Below are positions 22,401 through 31,309 of a stretch of 64,000 bases of DNA, one piece after another. The translations under genes and the position numbers were made by a program. The stretch comes from a virus, in the IMG/VR virus record IMGVR_UViG_3300014913_000006, one strand, 5' to 3'. Within the stretch, counting starts at the first letter, position 1. Each line of letters starts with the position of its first letter. Below the pieces are notes generated by a model that saw only the letters and a list, made by a program, of their open reading frames with translations, did no database searches and was not told the origin of the DNA.

Positions 22401-23517
22401 CTGTGTAATGAACATGCTGATTACGACCTTCGATAAAGCATGTTGCTGTTTGCACAGCAATGCCCGTGCAGCCAACAAAGTTGTCCCAGTATCCAAGGAG
22501 GCTGAAATAGGGTGTTTCGCTAACGTCTTCATAGAAAAACTCGATATCTGCTGACGCATTGATCGAAGCACACATGCGACAGGTATCAAAGCCCGTTGCT
22601 CCTGCATCTATTTCGTGCAACTCCAGGGCTCGACCAAGAGTTGAACCACTTTCTCTGACACCAACCCAATTCTCATCACTTGCGCAACCATTGCCCAAGG
22701 CGAATTCACCAACTGAGTTGGCTGGTATGCCAGATTCATTCAGAGATTTGCCGTACCATGTCCCCAAGGCTGGGCCATCTTCGCCACCATTGCCATCTGG
22801 AGCACCAATATCAATAAGCCGTTCGTGATACTCTCCTGGCGGTGAAGACCAATAACCAACCAGATAGAACTCGACACTGGGCACATCTTCAGCATAGACC
22901 TGAATAGCGGCAGTATCTCCGCTGGCAACAACCGACATAGTGATGCCATCTACGCCACCGGCTTCGGCTTCGTGAATATCAATGTGACGATCCAGCAATG
23001 ATCCGCTTGTTCTAATACCGATGTCCCGACTTAGGCCATTATCAGTATTGACACCAACAACTTCGGCTACCTGTCCACCACTGACGCCATATCCAGTCAG
23101 TGATTTGTTATCCCATGTCTCGTTTGTGTCAGCGACAAAAGTCTCGAACAACTCTGTGTATTCAACACCGAGCCAATATCCCAAAATATGGAACTGGATA
23201 TTTGGATCATCAGCGGAGCCATTTGATTCGCTAAAAAATTCGACCTTACCATGAGCGTCAACCTGCGTGCATAGTCCAATGCCATCTACGCCACCGGCTT
23301 CTGCTTCATGTATATCGATTATCCGATCAACCGCTGATCCAGATTTACGAACTCCAGCCCTGTGCTCGGCGACAGAGTCACAATTTATCAAAGCAATTTC
23401 GACGACAGAATTGGGAGGAACACCCAAAGAGACTAGGCTTTTGCTAACCCAAGTACCTTCTTCGTCGCCTATCAACGACAATGTATGGTATGTTTCCTCA
23501 TAATGTCGATAAATCAT
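16423..23517 (-). CDS. Giant modular tail fibre/adhesin (2364 aa)
   Basis: Tandem ~110-aa repeats ending GYW/GFW, SGxLFxxG linker repeats, LamG-like and cohesin-like domains; directly follows tape measure. Confidence 0.7.
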   Translation of the reverse strand: MIYRHYEETYHTLSLIGDEEGTWVSKSLVSLGVPPNSVVEIALINCDSVAEHRAGVRKSGSAVDRIIDIHEAEAGGVDGIGLCTQVDAHGKVEFFSESNGSADDPNIQFHILGYWLGVEYTELFETFVADTNETWDNKSLTGYGVSGGQVAEVVGVNTDNGLSRDIGIRTSGSLLDRHIDIHEAEAGGVDGITMSVVASGDTAAIQVYAEDVPSVEFYLVGYWSSPPGEYHERLIDIGAPDGNGGEDGPALGTWYGKSLNESGIPANSVGEFALGNGCASDENWVGVRESGSTLGRALELHEIDAGATGFDTCRMCASINASADIEFFYEDVSETPYFSLLGYWDNFVGCTGIAVQTATCFIEGRNQHVHYTELSTTYIETTPADTWNTFNVNDYGVPLTNDIDPVVVELVLLNSRGTVSYLVGARSVGSSLDRRFSLHEAVGYSNDHLSLFVPVDDSGNIEVYADNDDYNKFQVAGFWCGATYVEANDIISATGDAGWESYDLGTQYANKIVDVVVANTDTTAQIPLSGGVRQVGSNLDRHHVFDKVSDTGGKDYVTMQVRASGTDGTIQLYAEIADDIEFTVVGYWDFSPGTYHEAFSDVGPSTVSDQWEPLDVGVAEGSVCEIVLENRSNSHLDMGIREVYSSYDDKYLEQRDINVAADTAASMMRVHVNMTSGTYAEFYQDNSSSTYAYRLIGYWDNLSRIPLRDNGTVGLFTHGHKTPNVLEEADYPSGLQMYIDGIPVAKCPLFTMGPRRFEGNGNMFLQVPESCLSSGSMFLSGPHLVGTSGISGMYPGISHEDGGPSSPLFISGPEQYADNGNLFIKVREPCSNSMNLYTKVFDQLTVCHYIEDFRTWTPLSKDTWETQDLASWVPDVSDITAEIMICNSGEVNADTLVGVRTAGSLLDRRVSIAPAEPTYGGYNAATMHVQLSGTKIECYAPSGVNFYLMGYWVGAEYQELAATILPADPTSTWNSLDLDSAGVPSGAIVEVLEGQSYGNQLQGVRSVGNPADRKFKWIGGDHASERYSFWTSMLQTSGANATIQKYHEFTNTWQPTVVVGYWKKPPGDYTDLYQQNEANPTVDSTWESVSLSGVPSGAVASIGIITNENEDSRVVGVRSKAVKLERKIGVSAAPLSTRYVVTDMQVNANSDIEVYSEDATGDRDNFTLFGYWDNFIDTPLDLAGSSNLYVGGVAPYTTSGDLVTCGHQSFNSNNQYPSGVSLHIYGIQTANADLFTHGLDIHQVSGNLFTHGVFGYATNVDDCPNYPSGVQLYSQGSGIIPHNDRHDLFIRGYESIKTSGDLFAHGIAPHVSSGDLFLKAIEPQTASLNLFVYNPVDPGPGLIREPNAVFYLKYYHDGQGAAGDITEFVQDQAWYVPAPLFQHTPFIGTSGKTVAHVADSILAEPFVPTPGDGTYPHYDDLGGYNYREAMDTDYRTPGGGWQSTKMGYYESERYKQNICGETENYGYAGSGSFTTVFWMSGAHTSGNVAEVGWFRKSLPEDLDIALASHTLGIRIESESGITVITNVRDVPYEQPSGGGLWWGGTTHYGTPSGSTWEWNTEVTGLYRTWEEEWPTTYIDHDPIVFVALHADFIASGIDGSHPNHMKVYLSLDGQPWTYVGSGLTGPPASSLYSYSDPTNRRAENCVGVRQQGVNITGGIIPAEMGGVKQGSIILAENVLWTDAGRFTTDELRDLYSIVDTYNRPLDEYRPTIVPPSTYIQRTVGAFAYDPTIPGVGYNPGEICSGLRVTIEVGLGAYGADASAYLLEETPPSGFYIGNIQPFTSTTYHSQGPRPNGGEQIFHDPQSGVLQPYNDEVNLNSYGASIRWVNHDNHPEINQRRSPTPTGIYSYDLFPVHYHGVPRVDDFSFTGSGVFFGGSTGSGIFVIETTGDTAGTTSGLTGGLASRGCNLYMQGPLQNSGTANLYLRTQESFTSAYIGTSPRTPELTDFIFAADGAAAIESMAGIEYGPPLYTRGPLQYEDTCPLVIFGPVADDVDFYIQGHRHVDTSGNYPSGMLLRIGDGHEEIGESGTLFIVGPQPHSSGVDLYTMAGVFTSVGGGAGHGISPPLYILGHNGSSGNCDLFIKGPEFICSSGSFSYPGDPDDFTYPYGDPSPTLYTYGYDQASGTCPLFIGTGRQWGGWTLYLKTDDNDKTESLDLFINGFTLPSGSSGINRAFNNVKLYLEAADADYPYTAGGTEAWTLFMKAQEGNLTSDEAWTMFLKADFTVPKTCSLYIRGHAPGQPPDGIEITGSVGLICSVNPDDPTRIGFQPHDSHDDPWSLFLRCDPGWFGTATLYMSGAVPIVLAASGNLFVEGLFEQETDTLPLYLMGVSGMFNNGPSGLHLFLDAGTLVYNTSGNLYSHGY

Positions 23518-23527
23518 ATCTTACCGC

Positions 23528-26500
23528 CTAAGTTAACGCACTCTCAAAAGCGTTCGCCGCTTCTGAGCTACCAGCCGAACGAGCCAAATGCTGAAGAACA
23601 GCATTGATTTCGGCTTTAGCCACCCTTGTTGCAACAGCTTCGAAATCCGCTGTGAATTCTTTCGCCGCTGCTCCAACGCCGGAAACATCCACTTTGATAT
23701 CGCTCATAGTCTCGATGTCAATACCAATGCCCTCTTCCATCGCTCCCGCGACCCTGGCCATCCCCTCATTAAGATTGCCCATGCTCTCCTGAGATTTGTC
23801 TATGACTTCGTTGTTTGCAGCAATCGCCTCAGTATTGTCGTCCAACCCCAGAACTTCCAGTGGCTTCTTTTGTCCAGACGCAGCACGATCAGCTTCCTGT
23901 TGCGTCTGAGCTTCAATAGCCATAGCCACCGAATCAACTCTATCACCCAGGGCATTTACCGCCTCTGTGGTTTGCGAAATAGCCTCACGAGCACCCTCCC
24001 CGCCAGCGCCGCCAGCAGCAGCCTCTTGTTGTCCAGCCAACGCCTCTCTCTGTGCGTCAGCGATAGCCTGCATCTGCCCGACAGATTCGTTCATACCCTG
24101 ACTCGCCACGACCATGTCGGTTCCACCAGTACGCATATCTGTTGAAGCCGTCCGCATCTCTTCTGTGGATCGTGTTGTCGCGTCAGCAGCCATACGTGTC
24201 TCAGAAGCAGCCTGTTGGATATCTGCCGCCGATGCAGAAATATCTTCAAAGGCACGAGGTGCAGCCTCTTGTTCCCCCATCGGTTGCTGTGCGGCAGGGG
24301 TCAGACTGCGCAGATAATCCTGCATTGCTGGCGTTAACTGTGGCACGAGTTCCTCTGGTTGACGAGCCACCTCTGGGCGTTCGATCATTGACTGAAGACT
24401 ATTGCTAAGATCATTCAGACTGCGGTTCAAAGCACCAATATGCTCGACCTCTCTGATCCCAGGCTCTTGCGCCTGTGACCTTAGTGACTCAGCAGCAGCC
24501 TTGGCTACCTCTGCAGGGTCTAGTCCGCTGTCTTGGATCATCTTGGGAATATCGTAGATGAATCCTTTGAACTCACGGAAGCTCTCTGCCAATTCGATAT
24601 TGGCTGAAGCCTGATCTTGTTGACCACGATTCAGTTGACCGAGCACCTTGCTTTCAGCAGTTGAAGCAGCCGCCTGGAGCATTGTCTCCATGACCCTACC
24701 CATGTCGCCACCGAACAAGGCTGATTGTAGATTCCTCTGATCCATCGTTCTCTGCTGTTCTGTCCGACGAGCTTCTGGAACATGTCGCCTCTCCGTGTAA
24801 ACCCGACCCTCTGGCGTAACCTTAGTGTCAAGCGCACCAGCACCTCGCTCCAAATCTTGTTTGGTGAGAGATGAGGTAAACGCCTTGACCGCAGAAGCAC
24901 TTTCTCTCAAGGCTTGTGCAAAGATGTCAGCAGGCTCTTCGAAAGCTTGAGCCACGTCGATCGCAGCTTGAGCCTCGATAAATTGTCGCTGCCGACTGAT
25001 CAATTCACTCATTTGCTTACTACTACTTGCCAGATTCTCTGCTGCCTGAGCGGCCCATTCCTCATTGAAGTCATAGCCCAATCCACGTCGCTCTTCCTGT
25101 TGCTCAGATAAAGCCTGCGGTGCCATTTGTGCCATCTTCGCCAACTGCGCCAAAGCCACCTGCAAGTTCAAGACCTCAGTAGCAGAATCAATAGCTGCTT
25201 GTTGCAGACCCCGGCTTGCACCCTCACCGGTTTTCTGTGCTTCTGCAACCTTACGGTTCAGTTCAGCGTGCCTATTGTAACTCTCTTCATACTGCTTCAA
25301 GACTTCTCCGACGACATCTCCATTCTGTGCCAGATCAATCATCACGTCATTCGCATCCACAAACCCCATAGCGAATCCTGGTGGGAACTGGATATCCAAA
25401 CCAGCTAACTGCATGGCATTCTGGAAACTGCGGATAATGGTGTCACCCAACTCTGATGTACCAACATCTACCCCAGCCAAAAGCTCTTCGCCAGCCAGTG
25501 CTAGATTCAACTGTTGTGCCTGGGCATCCATCCAAGTCTTGAAAGTATCAATGGCCGCTTCGTAGAATGGTTGTTGTTTCCCAAGCACATCCTGGAACGC
25601 CTTCTGGATCGATTCTGAATCCATCACCACACCAGCCTGATCAACCAACATACCCTTCAGTTGTCCACCAAGATTTGCAGCAGCAGCCCTAAATGCCGCT
25701 TCGGCTTCAGGTGGAATTTGTTCTGGATATTCCTCTATGAACTTGTCGATGTAATCCTCCAGGACATCAAACGGGTCAACCTGTGGATCACCAAGCAGTG
25801 ATCTTAGTGAATCAGCATTGGCCTTGCTTTTGATCATAGACTTCATAAACTCTTCGAGAGCGGTCCCGACCCGAGCCATGTCTGTCGTAAACCCTTTTAG
25901 TTCTTCAAACTGACTCAGATCAAGGAAGTCACCCATTTTCCCTGTTCTGGCAATTTCTTCAACAGCCTCTCTTGTGTACTCGCCTCCAGGCTTAGCAACA
26001 CTAACATCTTGTCCAACCAACTGGCTCAGCTTGTCAAATGTCTCAACGTTGGTTTGAATCGATCTTGCCGCATTTCCAACAGCATCACTCAACAGACCAA
26101 GCTCATGACTGAGTTGCACTGGTACATGCAATCGCTCAAAGTCACTAGAAGCCTTTTCGATAGCGTTGGCCAACTTGGTTACCTTGACATCCATCTGAAC
26201 CTGATCGATACTCGCTGCGATTTTCTCAAGTCCACCAAGTTGAGTGATCATAGCCTGACGAACACGGGCTGCGGCTTCCGCATTACCACCAAAAGCTTCT
26301 GTCAATATCTGGTCGAAACCAGCTTCCAAACCACCGGCACCAAACTCTTCAACGGCACGTTGAAGAATCTCATTAAGCAATTCTGGATTCTTGCCAACGA
26401 TCGTCTCTAGTATCTCCTGGGCCTCGGTATCGCCAACGGTTACTAAACCTTCACCCTTAAACAAATTAGCCACACGAGGACCAATATTGGCAAAAACGTC

Positions 26501-28585
26501 ATACCAGTCGCCCTCCCATTTACTCGCTGCGTCTTGAATACCTTCGATAGCAGTGGTGCCAATATTAGCAACTTCTTCACCTAATTGTTCTGGTGTATCG
26601 AGTTTGATATCTTCGACCTTGATGTCCCCGATTTTGCCTGCGGCCTCTTCGATAGCTTTTTGCATATCAATATCGGCAGCTTTATAAGCAGCATAACTCA
26701 TCGCACCAAGTGCTAAGGTAATACCTGCTACAGCACCACCAAATGGACCCAATGCCGCAAAAGCGCCAACTATACTTTTGCCCGATAGAACAGAAATAGC
26801 GACAGCCATGATACCAGCAGCCTTTGCTGTTTCGGCAGCAAAAACTCCAGCAGAATTACCAGCCTCTTCCGCAGCTTCAGAGAAATGATCAGCAGCCAAA
26901 GCAACACCAGCAGCCACAGCCATCTGTGCCAGTGGCGAAGCAGCAGCACCTCTAAGTCCACCTGCAAGCCTACCTCCAACTCCACCAGCAGCAGCAGCAC
27001 CTCCAGCCCCTAAACCGACACCACCAGCCAAACGTCTCTGCACTCGTTCTCTGGCAGTAGCACCAGCTACGCCACCAGCACCGCCACCAGTCATCGCACC
27101 CATAACAGCGGGTATGCCACCACCAACGCTAACTGTACTCATGTAAGCCAAAGCCTTAGCGGTAGCACCAATTGAGACGGCAAGCAACTTGAATCCAGCA
27201 GCAAAACCGATGATTGTTGTGAGTGCTGGGATAACTGGTTTGATGAAATCGAGGAACGAGACGAACGCCTTGCCAGCGGTTGTCACACCACGAATGACCG
27301 GAACGAACAGTGGCTCAGCAAGTGTTTGTACCAGCTTGTTGAATTCCTGTACCAGAATATTCAGTTGTGCCTGGAGACCTTCTAGTCCCTGCTCAGCAAT
27401 CTTTCCGAATTTCCCACTGGAGGCACCGGCAGTTCTCAGGGCGTCATCTAGGACATCGATGTTGCTGATCAAAGCAAGCAAACGAGAAATCTGTCGTCTA
27501 CCACCAAGCTTGGTGCCGATTTCAATTCTATCTTGGATACTCGCAGTATCTCTAAGGGCGGCGGCAATGCGCTTGATGGCCTCAACAGGATTCCCGGCTT
27601 CGATTGCTTCAGATATACGAATACCCTTCCCCTCCAGGAAGCCTACGATCTTAGGATCGGCCAAACGAGAAGAAATGGTCTTCATAAAGGTGCCGACAGT
27701 CTCGGCACTTTCTCTTGTGGCTTGTCGAACCGTTGTAAACACAGATGCGAATTCTTTGAATGTTCCACCAATAGCTTCGAACGCAGCACCACCACGAGCA
27801 ACACCCTTGGCAATATCTTCCGAAGATGCAGCGAACTTGTTAGACAACGCTGTCATAACATCCAACACATCGGCTGTTGTCAAACCCTCAGTGTTAAATT
27901 GCTTTAGAGCGGCAATGGTACCTTCAATGGCGGCATCCATTGTTTCAAATGACGGTGTCAATGGAACCTTAGATAGTGCAGTCAGCGATTCTGTTAACTC
28001 GTCACCACGAAAACCAGCCTGAGACAACACCTTCCCAATACGAGCAATCTCACTTGCGGATGTACCAGTCGATGTAGCCAGACCAAGGATTGTATCTCGC
28101 ATCCCACCCATCTGCTGTTCTGTCTGGCCAGTGATCTGCCGCATCTTCAGCATCGCGGTGTCGAATTCAACTACCGCTGCGGTGGCCTTCGTGATACCAC
28201 CAAGTGCAGCAAACGGAACAACAGTAGCAGCCAAGAACGCAGCATATCGTTTACCAGCTATCTTTACCGATTCCCCAAAGCTGTCAGCCTTTGCTGCGGC
28301 AGCAGTCATGCCTGCGGCAGCTTTTTGTGTCGCACCGGCAGTCTTGCCCTGAGACGAAACGAGTTTGTTATTCGCCACAGTTACCTTGTCTGTTGCAGCA
28401 GCGAGTGTAGTAGCGGCGGCAGCTTGTGCCTTGACACCAGCGGCAATTCCACCCGCACCACCAGCGGCAGCGCCACCAGCGGCACCGGTAGTAACGGTAC
28501 CCTGCATTTTAGACAGAGCAGCCTCGACCTTTTGCAGGCCGAGAATGTCCTGAATTCTAAGATTAACGTCAAGTACAAATGCCAC
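23528..28585 (-). CDS. Tail tape measure protein (TP901-type core)
   Basis: 1685 aa, Ala-rich and helical; FDTAMLKMRQITG...LSNKFAASSEDIAKGV...SAETVGTFMKTISSRL. Confidence 0.92.
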   Translation of the reverse strand: MAFVLDVNLRIQDILGLQKVEAALSKMQGTVTTGAAGGAAAGGAGGIAAGVKAQAAAATTLAAATDKVTVANNKLVSSQGKTAGATQKAAAGMTAAAAKADSFGESVKIAGKRYAAFLAATVVPFAALGGITKATAAVVEFDTAMLKMRQITGQTEQQMGGMRDTILGLATSTGTSASEIARIGKVLSQAGFRGDELTESLTALSKVPLTPSFETMDAAIEGTIAALKQFNTEGLTTADVLDVMTALSNKFAASSEDIAKGVARGGAAFEAIGGTFKEFASVFTTVRQATRESAETVGTFMKTISSRLADPKIVGFLEGKGIRISEAIEAGNPVEAIKRIAAALRDTASIQDRIEIGTKLGGRRQISRLLALISNIDVLDDALRTAGASSGKFGKIAEQGLEGLQAQLNILVQEFNKLVQTLAEPLFVPVIRGVTTAGKAFVSFLDFIKPVIPALTTIIGFAAGFKLLAVSIGATAKALAYMSTVSVGGGIPAVMGAMTGGGAGGVAGATARERVQRRLAGGVGLGAGGAAAAGGVGGRLAGGLRGAAASPLAQMAVAAGVALAADHFSEAAEEAGNSAGVFAAETAKAAGIMAVAISVLSGKSIVGAFAALGPFGGAVAGITLALGAMSYAAYKAADIDMQKAIEEAAGKIGDIKVEDIKLDTPEQLGEEVANIGTTAIEGIQDAASKWEGDWYDVFANIGPRVANLFKGEGLVTVGDTEAQEILETIVGKNPELLNEILQRAVEEFGAGGLEAGFDQILTEAFGGNAEAAARVRQAMITQLGGLEKIAASIDQVQMDVKVTKLANAIEKASSDFERLHVPVQLSHELGLLSDAVGNAARSIQTNVETFDKLSQLVGQDVSVAKPGGEYTREAVEEIARTGKMGDFLDLSQFEELKGFTTDMARVGTALEEFMKSMIKSKANADSLRSLLGDPQVDPFDVLEDYIDKFIEEYPEQIPPEAEAAFRAAAANLGGQLKGMLVDQAGVVMDSESIQKAFQDVLGKQQPFYEAAIDTFKTWMDAQAQQLNLALAGEELLAGVDVGTSELGDTIIRSFQNAMQLAGLDIQFPPGFAMGFVDANDVMIDLAQNGDVVGEVLKQYEESYNRHAELNRKVAEAQKTGEGASRGLQQAAIDSATEVLNLQVALAQLAKMAQMAPQALSEQQEERRGLGYDFNEEWAAQAAENLASSSKQMSELISRQRQFIEAQAAIDVAQAFEEPADIFAQALRESASAVKAFTSSLTKQDLERGAGALDTKVTPEGRVYTERRHVPEARRTEQQRTMDQRNLQSALFGGDMGRVMETMLQAAASTAESKVLGQLNRGQQDQASANIELAESFREFKGFIYDIPKMIQDSGLDPAEVAKAAAESLRSQAQEPGIREVEHIGALNRSLNDLSNSLQSMIERPEVARQPEELVPQLTPAMQDYLRSLTPAAQQPMGEQEAAPRAFEDISASAADIQQAASETRMAADATTRSTEEMRTASTDMRTGGTDMVVASQGMNESVGQMQAIADAQREALAGQQEAAAGGAGGEGAREAISQTTEAVNALGDRVDSVAMAIEAQTQQEADRAASGQKKPLEVLGLDDNTEAIAANNEVIDKSQESMGNLNEGMARVAGAMEEGIGIDIETMSDIKVDVSGVGAAAKEFTADFEAVATRVAKAEINAVLQHLARSAGSSEAANAFESALT

Positions 28586-28598
28586 TTACATCACGCTC

Positions 28599-29537
28599 CT
28601 AACCCTTTTGCTTTGCAGTGATCTTCTTCCTGGTTCCTTTCTTGGTAGAAGCCCTCTTCTTCTTAGCCTTCGGCTTCGTCTGCTTCCTTGGCTTTCCCCC
28701 TATCTCACCAATGACGATTGGGTCTCCGGTCTCATCATCGATAAACGGTTGTGAAACATCTACCAATAGATTGCCATGTTCATCAACCGGACGACCAAAA
28801 GTGTCTACCATCTGACCCTCTTTGTTGATGTAACGTCCATCCTTATTGACCAATCGACCATATCTGTCTGTGGTAACTCCATCTGCCCCGATATATCGCC
28901 CATCGTCGTCGATCATCTTGGCGTCCTTGAGCCACTGCATCTCGAACATGTTCTTATGTACATTGCCCTCAAGGCCATATACCATGTTGGCAAGAGTCTT
29001 CGCACAAGCGGTCACAGCCACCTCGTCTTGACGATCAACATATTCTGAATGGTTCTTGAAGAAAGGGGCACCAGTATCGGCAAATACGCAACACTTTACC
29101 AGCAGGAACTCAAAGCGAAAGTTCTCAGCCTGAGATTCTACTGTCGCAGAATCAAACTGTTGCCGCTTCGCGTGTTTCTCCATAATCAACTGTCGCTTCT
29201 CGGCCATCTGAAGAGCTATTGCCCTTCCTTCAGAAACTTTGATACCACCCTTTTTGAGCATCAACTCGTGAGCACGAATTTCCAACGCCAACTTCTCTAC
29301 TTCGATAGCGTCGTCCATCGTCCAAACACCTAGCTTAGCCAGATACTCTTCGAGTTCAGCCCTGAGCATCAATCGCTTAGCAGGGTTCTGAGCCCCCTGA
29401 CGCATCAATGCGGCCATCCGTAGATTGTAGGCCATATTAGCTTCCTGGCCGATCTTGTTTGTTGGACGAATCACTGCCAACTTGAGTGGCTTGTCCTCAA
29501 CATCTACCGTATCGACAACTGTCCTTTTACTGTCCAT
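28599..29537 (-). CDS. Putative tail assembly chaperone with DxxG repeats
   Basis: Precedes tape measure; SD GGAGG before ATG 29537; DDDGRY..DRYGR..KDGRY..DTFGR..DEHGN. Confidence 0.6.
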   Translation of the reverse strand: MDSKRTVVDTVDVEDKPLKLAVIRPTNKIGQEANMAYNLRMAALMRQGAQNPAKRLMLRAELEEYLAKLGVWTMDDAIEVEKLALEIRAHELMLKKGGIKVSEGRAIALQMAEKRQLIMEKHAKRQQFDSATVESQAENFRFEFLLVKCCVFADTGAPFFKNHSEYVDRQDEVAVTACAKTLANMVYGLEGNVHKNMFEMQWLKDAKMIDDDGRYIGADGVTTDRYGRLVNKDGRYINKEGQMVDTFGRPVDEHGNLLVDVSQPFIDDETGDPIVIGEIGGKPRKQTKPKAKKKRASTKKGTRKKITAKQKG

Positions 29538-29895
29538 CGGTTGTTCCTCCAAAACCCATCCGGTATCCTTCGAACTCGACCTTATGCAGATCGATTTCCA
29601 TCCCCAGGGCACGCGCCTGGGCATTTCCCTTGTCGAGAATGTTCTTGCGAACTTGCTCCCAACGTATCCTATTGGCTTTTTGTTCTGGGGTAAGCTTCTC
29701 TTCTGGTAGGTTGTGACCCCAAACATCAAAACCAAACGTATTCTCGAACTCAGCCAAAGCAGAAATAAAGCAAGTCCTAAACTTCTTACTTGCAATTCTC
29801 TTGAGACGATCTCGTGAATCTTGAGCGATCCGTCCACGATGCGCCTCTTTCTGCCTTCGCCGCAGTGCTGCTAATTCTTCCTCTTTCCTAGACAT
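29527..29895 (-). CDS. Hypothetical protein (tail assembly region)
   Basis: Coupled ORF with SD. Confidence 0.6.
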   Translation of the reverse strand: MSRKEEELAALRRRQKEAHRGRIAQDSRDRLKRIASKKFRTCFISALAEFENTFGFDVWGHNLPEEKLTPEQKANRIRWEQVRKNILDKGNAQARALGMEIDLHKVEFEGYRMGFGGTTDGQ

Positions 29896-29905
29896 TCCTA
29901 TCCCC

Positions 29906-30988
29906 TTACTTGCGACTAATGTCCTTGACATGCTTCCTCTGCCTCTCCATTAGTTGCTGCCTCATCTCACCTTGGCTGTCTGGCATATCTTGTTCCCGAA
30001 CGACACCCTTATTGGCGATGATCTTTTGCTTTGCCTTTAACTGAGCACGAGTCGCAGGATTATTCATGTTGTAAACTCGCTGAGCACCTTCTCTGTCTGC
30101 CATAATGAACTCTTCGTTACGACCGGGCTTCAGCGATTTCGGAGCCATACCTGCCTGTGTCTTACCTTCGATCTTTTCACCTTGGCGGATAAACCAAGAA
30201 TCCAACAGATCATCATCTGCAATGATATCCTTGGCTGGTCGCTCGAAAGCCCCGTGGACTGAGTCATAAATGGTAGACCAGTAGGCCAATTCTCGTTGGT
30301 TCAAAGACCAGCTTGCGACCGGCCCATCGAACAATTCATTGGTTGCCTTAGCAACCTCCCAATAAGCCCTCCACTGAACAGACCGTGCCACCTCACGAAT
30401 GACACTTACAGAGATACGAGACCTATGGAAAAACAGTTCGCATAGCTGTGTTATCATGGCGTTGTCGTTACAATCTTCGAAACTCTTCTCTGTCGGCCAC
30501 ACCGGCTCACCATCTTCGGTTTCCGTAATCCTACCTACTAAGTAGCGTTGTTGACAAACTTCGGCAGTGGCTTCGGCGCTGTTCTGTAGTAGGTTGTGTT
30601 TCTGATTGAGGCGACTGACGAAAGCTTTCTCTGCCCGACGCAAAAGAGAGCGTGCTGCTTCCAGCTTCGTTCTGTTGAACAAGAAATCCAACAACCCCCT
30701 ACGGATCGTGTGGATGTCTTTCTCAAGCCCTGCCATCTCTTCATCGGTTTCAACATTCCATTGTCCGAGAGAAATAAGGCTTTCAAGTATTTCGTTTTCA
30801 GGAGGTAGGCCAACCAGAGCAGCGCGTTGACGCTCGGCCTCGTAGACCATAGCGGCTTTTGCCTGTTCTTTGGGCGTGGGGGGTCGCAGCAGAAATGAGA
30901 CCAATTGGTCATCCTGGGTGCTGACAGCCGCTGGGGTGTACCCCCAACTTATTCTTGCAATAAGCCGTTCTATTGCGGCTGAATCCAT
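29906..30988 (-). CDS. Putative tail assembly chaperone-like protein
   Basis: YWSTIYDSV...P...IIADDDLLDSW; first gene after the promoter at 31061. Confidence 0.55.
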   Translation of the reverse strand: MDSAAIERLIARISWGYTPAAVSTQDDQLVSFLLRPPTPKEQAKAAMVYEAERQRAALVGLPPENEILESLISLGQWNVETDEEMAGLEKDIHTIRRGLLDFLFNRTKLEAARSLLRRAEKAFVSRLNQKHNLLQNSAEATAEVCQQRYLVGRITETEDGEPVWPTEKSFEDCNDNAMITQLCELFFHRSRISVSVIREVARSVQWRAYWEVAKATNELFDGPVASWSLNQRELAYWSTIYDSVHGAFERPAKDIIADDDLLDSWFIRQGEKIEGKTQAGMAPKSLKPGRNEEFIMADREGAQRVYNMNNPATRAQLKAKQKIIANKGVVREQDMPDSQGEMRQQLMERQRKHVKDISRK

Positions 30989-31060
30989 CTCGCACCTTCC
31001 CAGTCCCAAAAATTTCAGTGGCACTGTCTGTCCAGACCTAAGTCGATCCTATCCTACCAA

Positions 31061-31071
31061 TATTATACACC
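31061..31071 (-). promoter_or_regulatory. Class I promoter GGTGTATAATA for the chaperone-tape measure operon
   Basis: Exact motif copy. Confidence 0.7.
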
Positions 31072-31155
31072 AGATTGATGGGGACAGATACCACCGTTGC
31101 TGTGTTTACCGATATTACAATTATAGCACAACGTCTGACGCCCCCCCCCTCCGGG
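31063..31155 (-). pseudogene. HNH endonuclease C-terminal remnant
   Basis: PEG[G9 frameshift]QTLCYNCNIGKHSNGGICPHQSGV*, similar to YPEGFQVLCFNCN of 40974-41702. Confidence 0.7.
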
Positions 31156-31201
31156 GCCAAACCGAATTCCAGACCATTCAGCGGCTCACTCCAATGCGCA
31201 C

Positions 31202-31236
31202 AAAAAAACCGGACAGCCTTGTTGGACCATCCGGTT
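31202..31236 (-). terminator. Intrinsic terminator ending the tRNA/RNA ligase operon
   Basis: AACCGGATGGTC..GGCTGTCCGGTT stem followed by a T-run. Confidence 0.8.
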
Positions 31237-31245
31237 CTGTGTTCC

Positions 31246-31309
31246 CGTGTACCTGAATCTACACAGTCCACCCCAAGACACGCGCTCTCACCGACTGAGC
31301 TACCGACCC
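31246..31309 (-). pseudogene. 5' half of a tRNA (Pro-TGG-like) with no T arm or 3' acceptor strand
   Basis: GGGTCGG TA GCTC AGTCGGTGA GAGC G CGTGT CT TGG GG, then sequence diverges. Confidence 0.65.

Noticed and set aside
28599-30988. Programmed -1 frameshift in the tail chaperones
   Set aside because: Each ORF has its own SD and start, and I found no clear slippery heptamer at the junctions.
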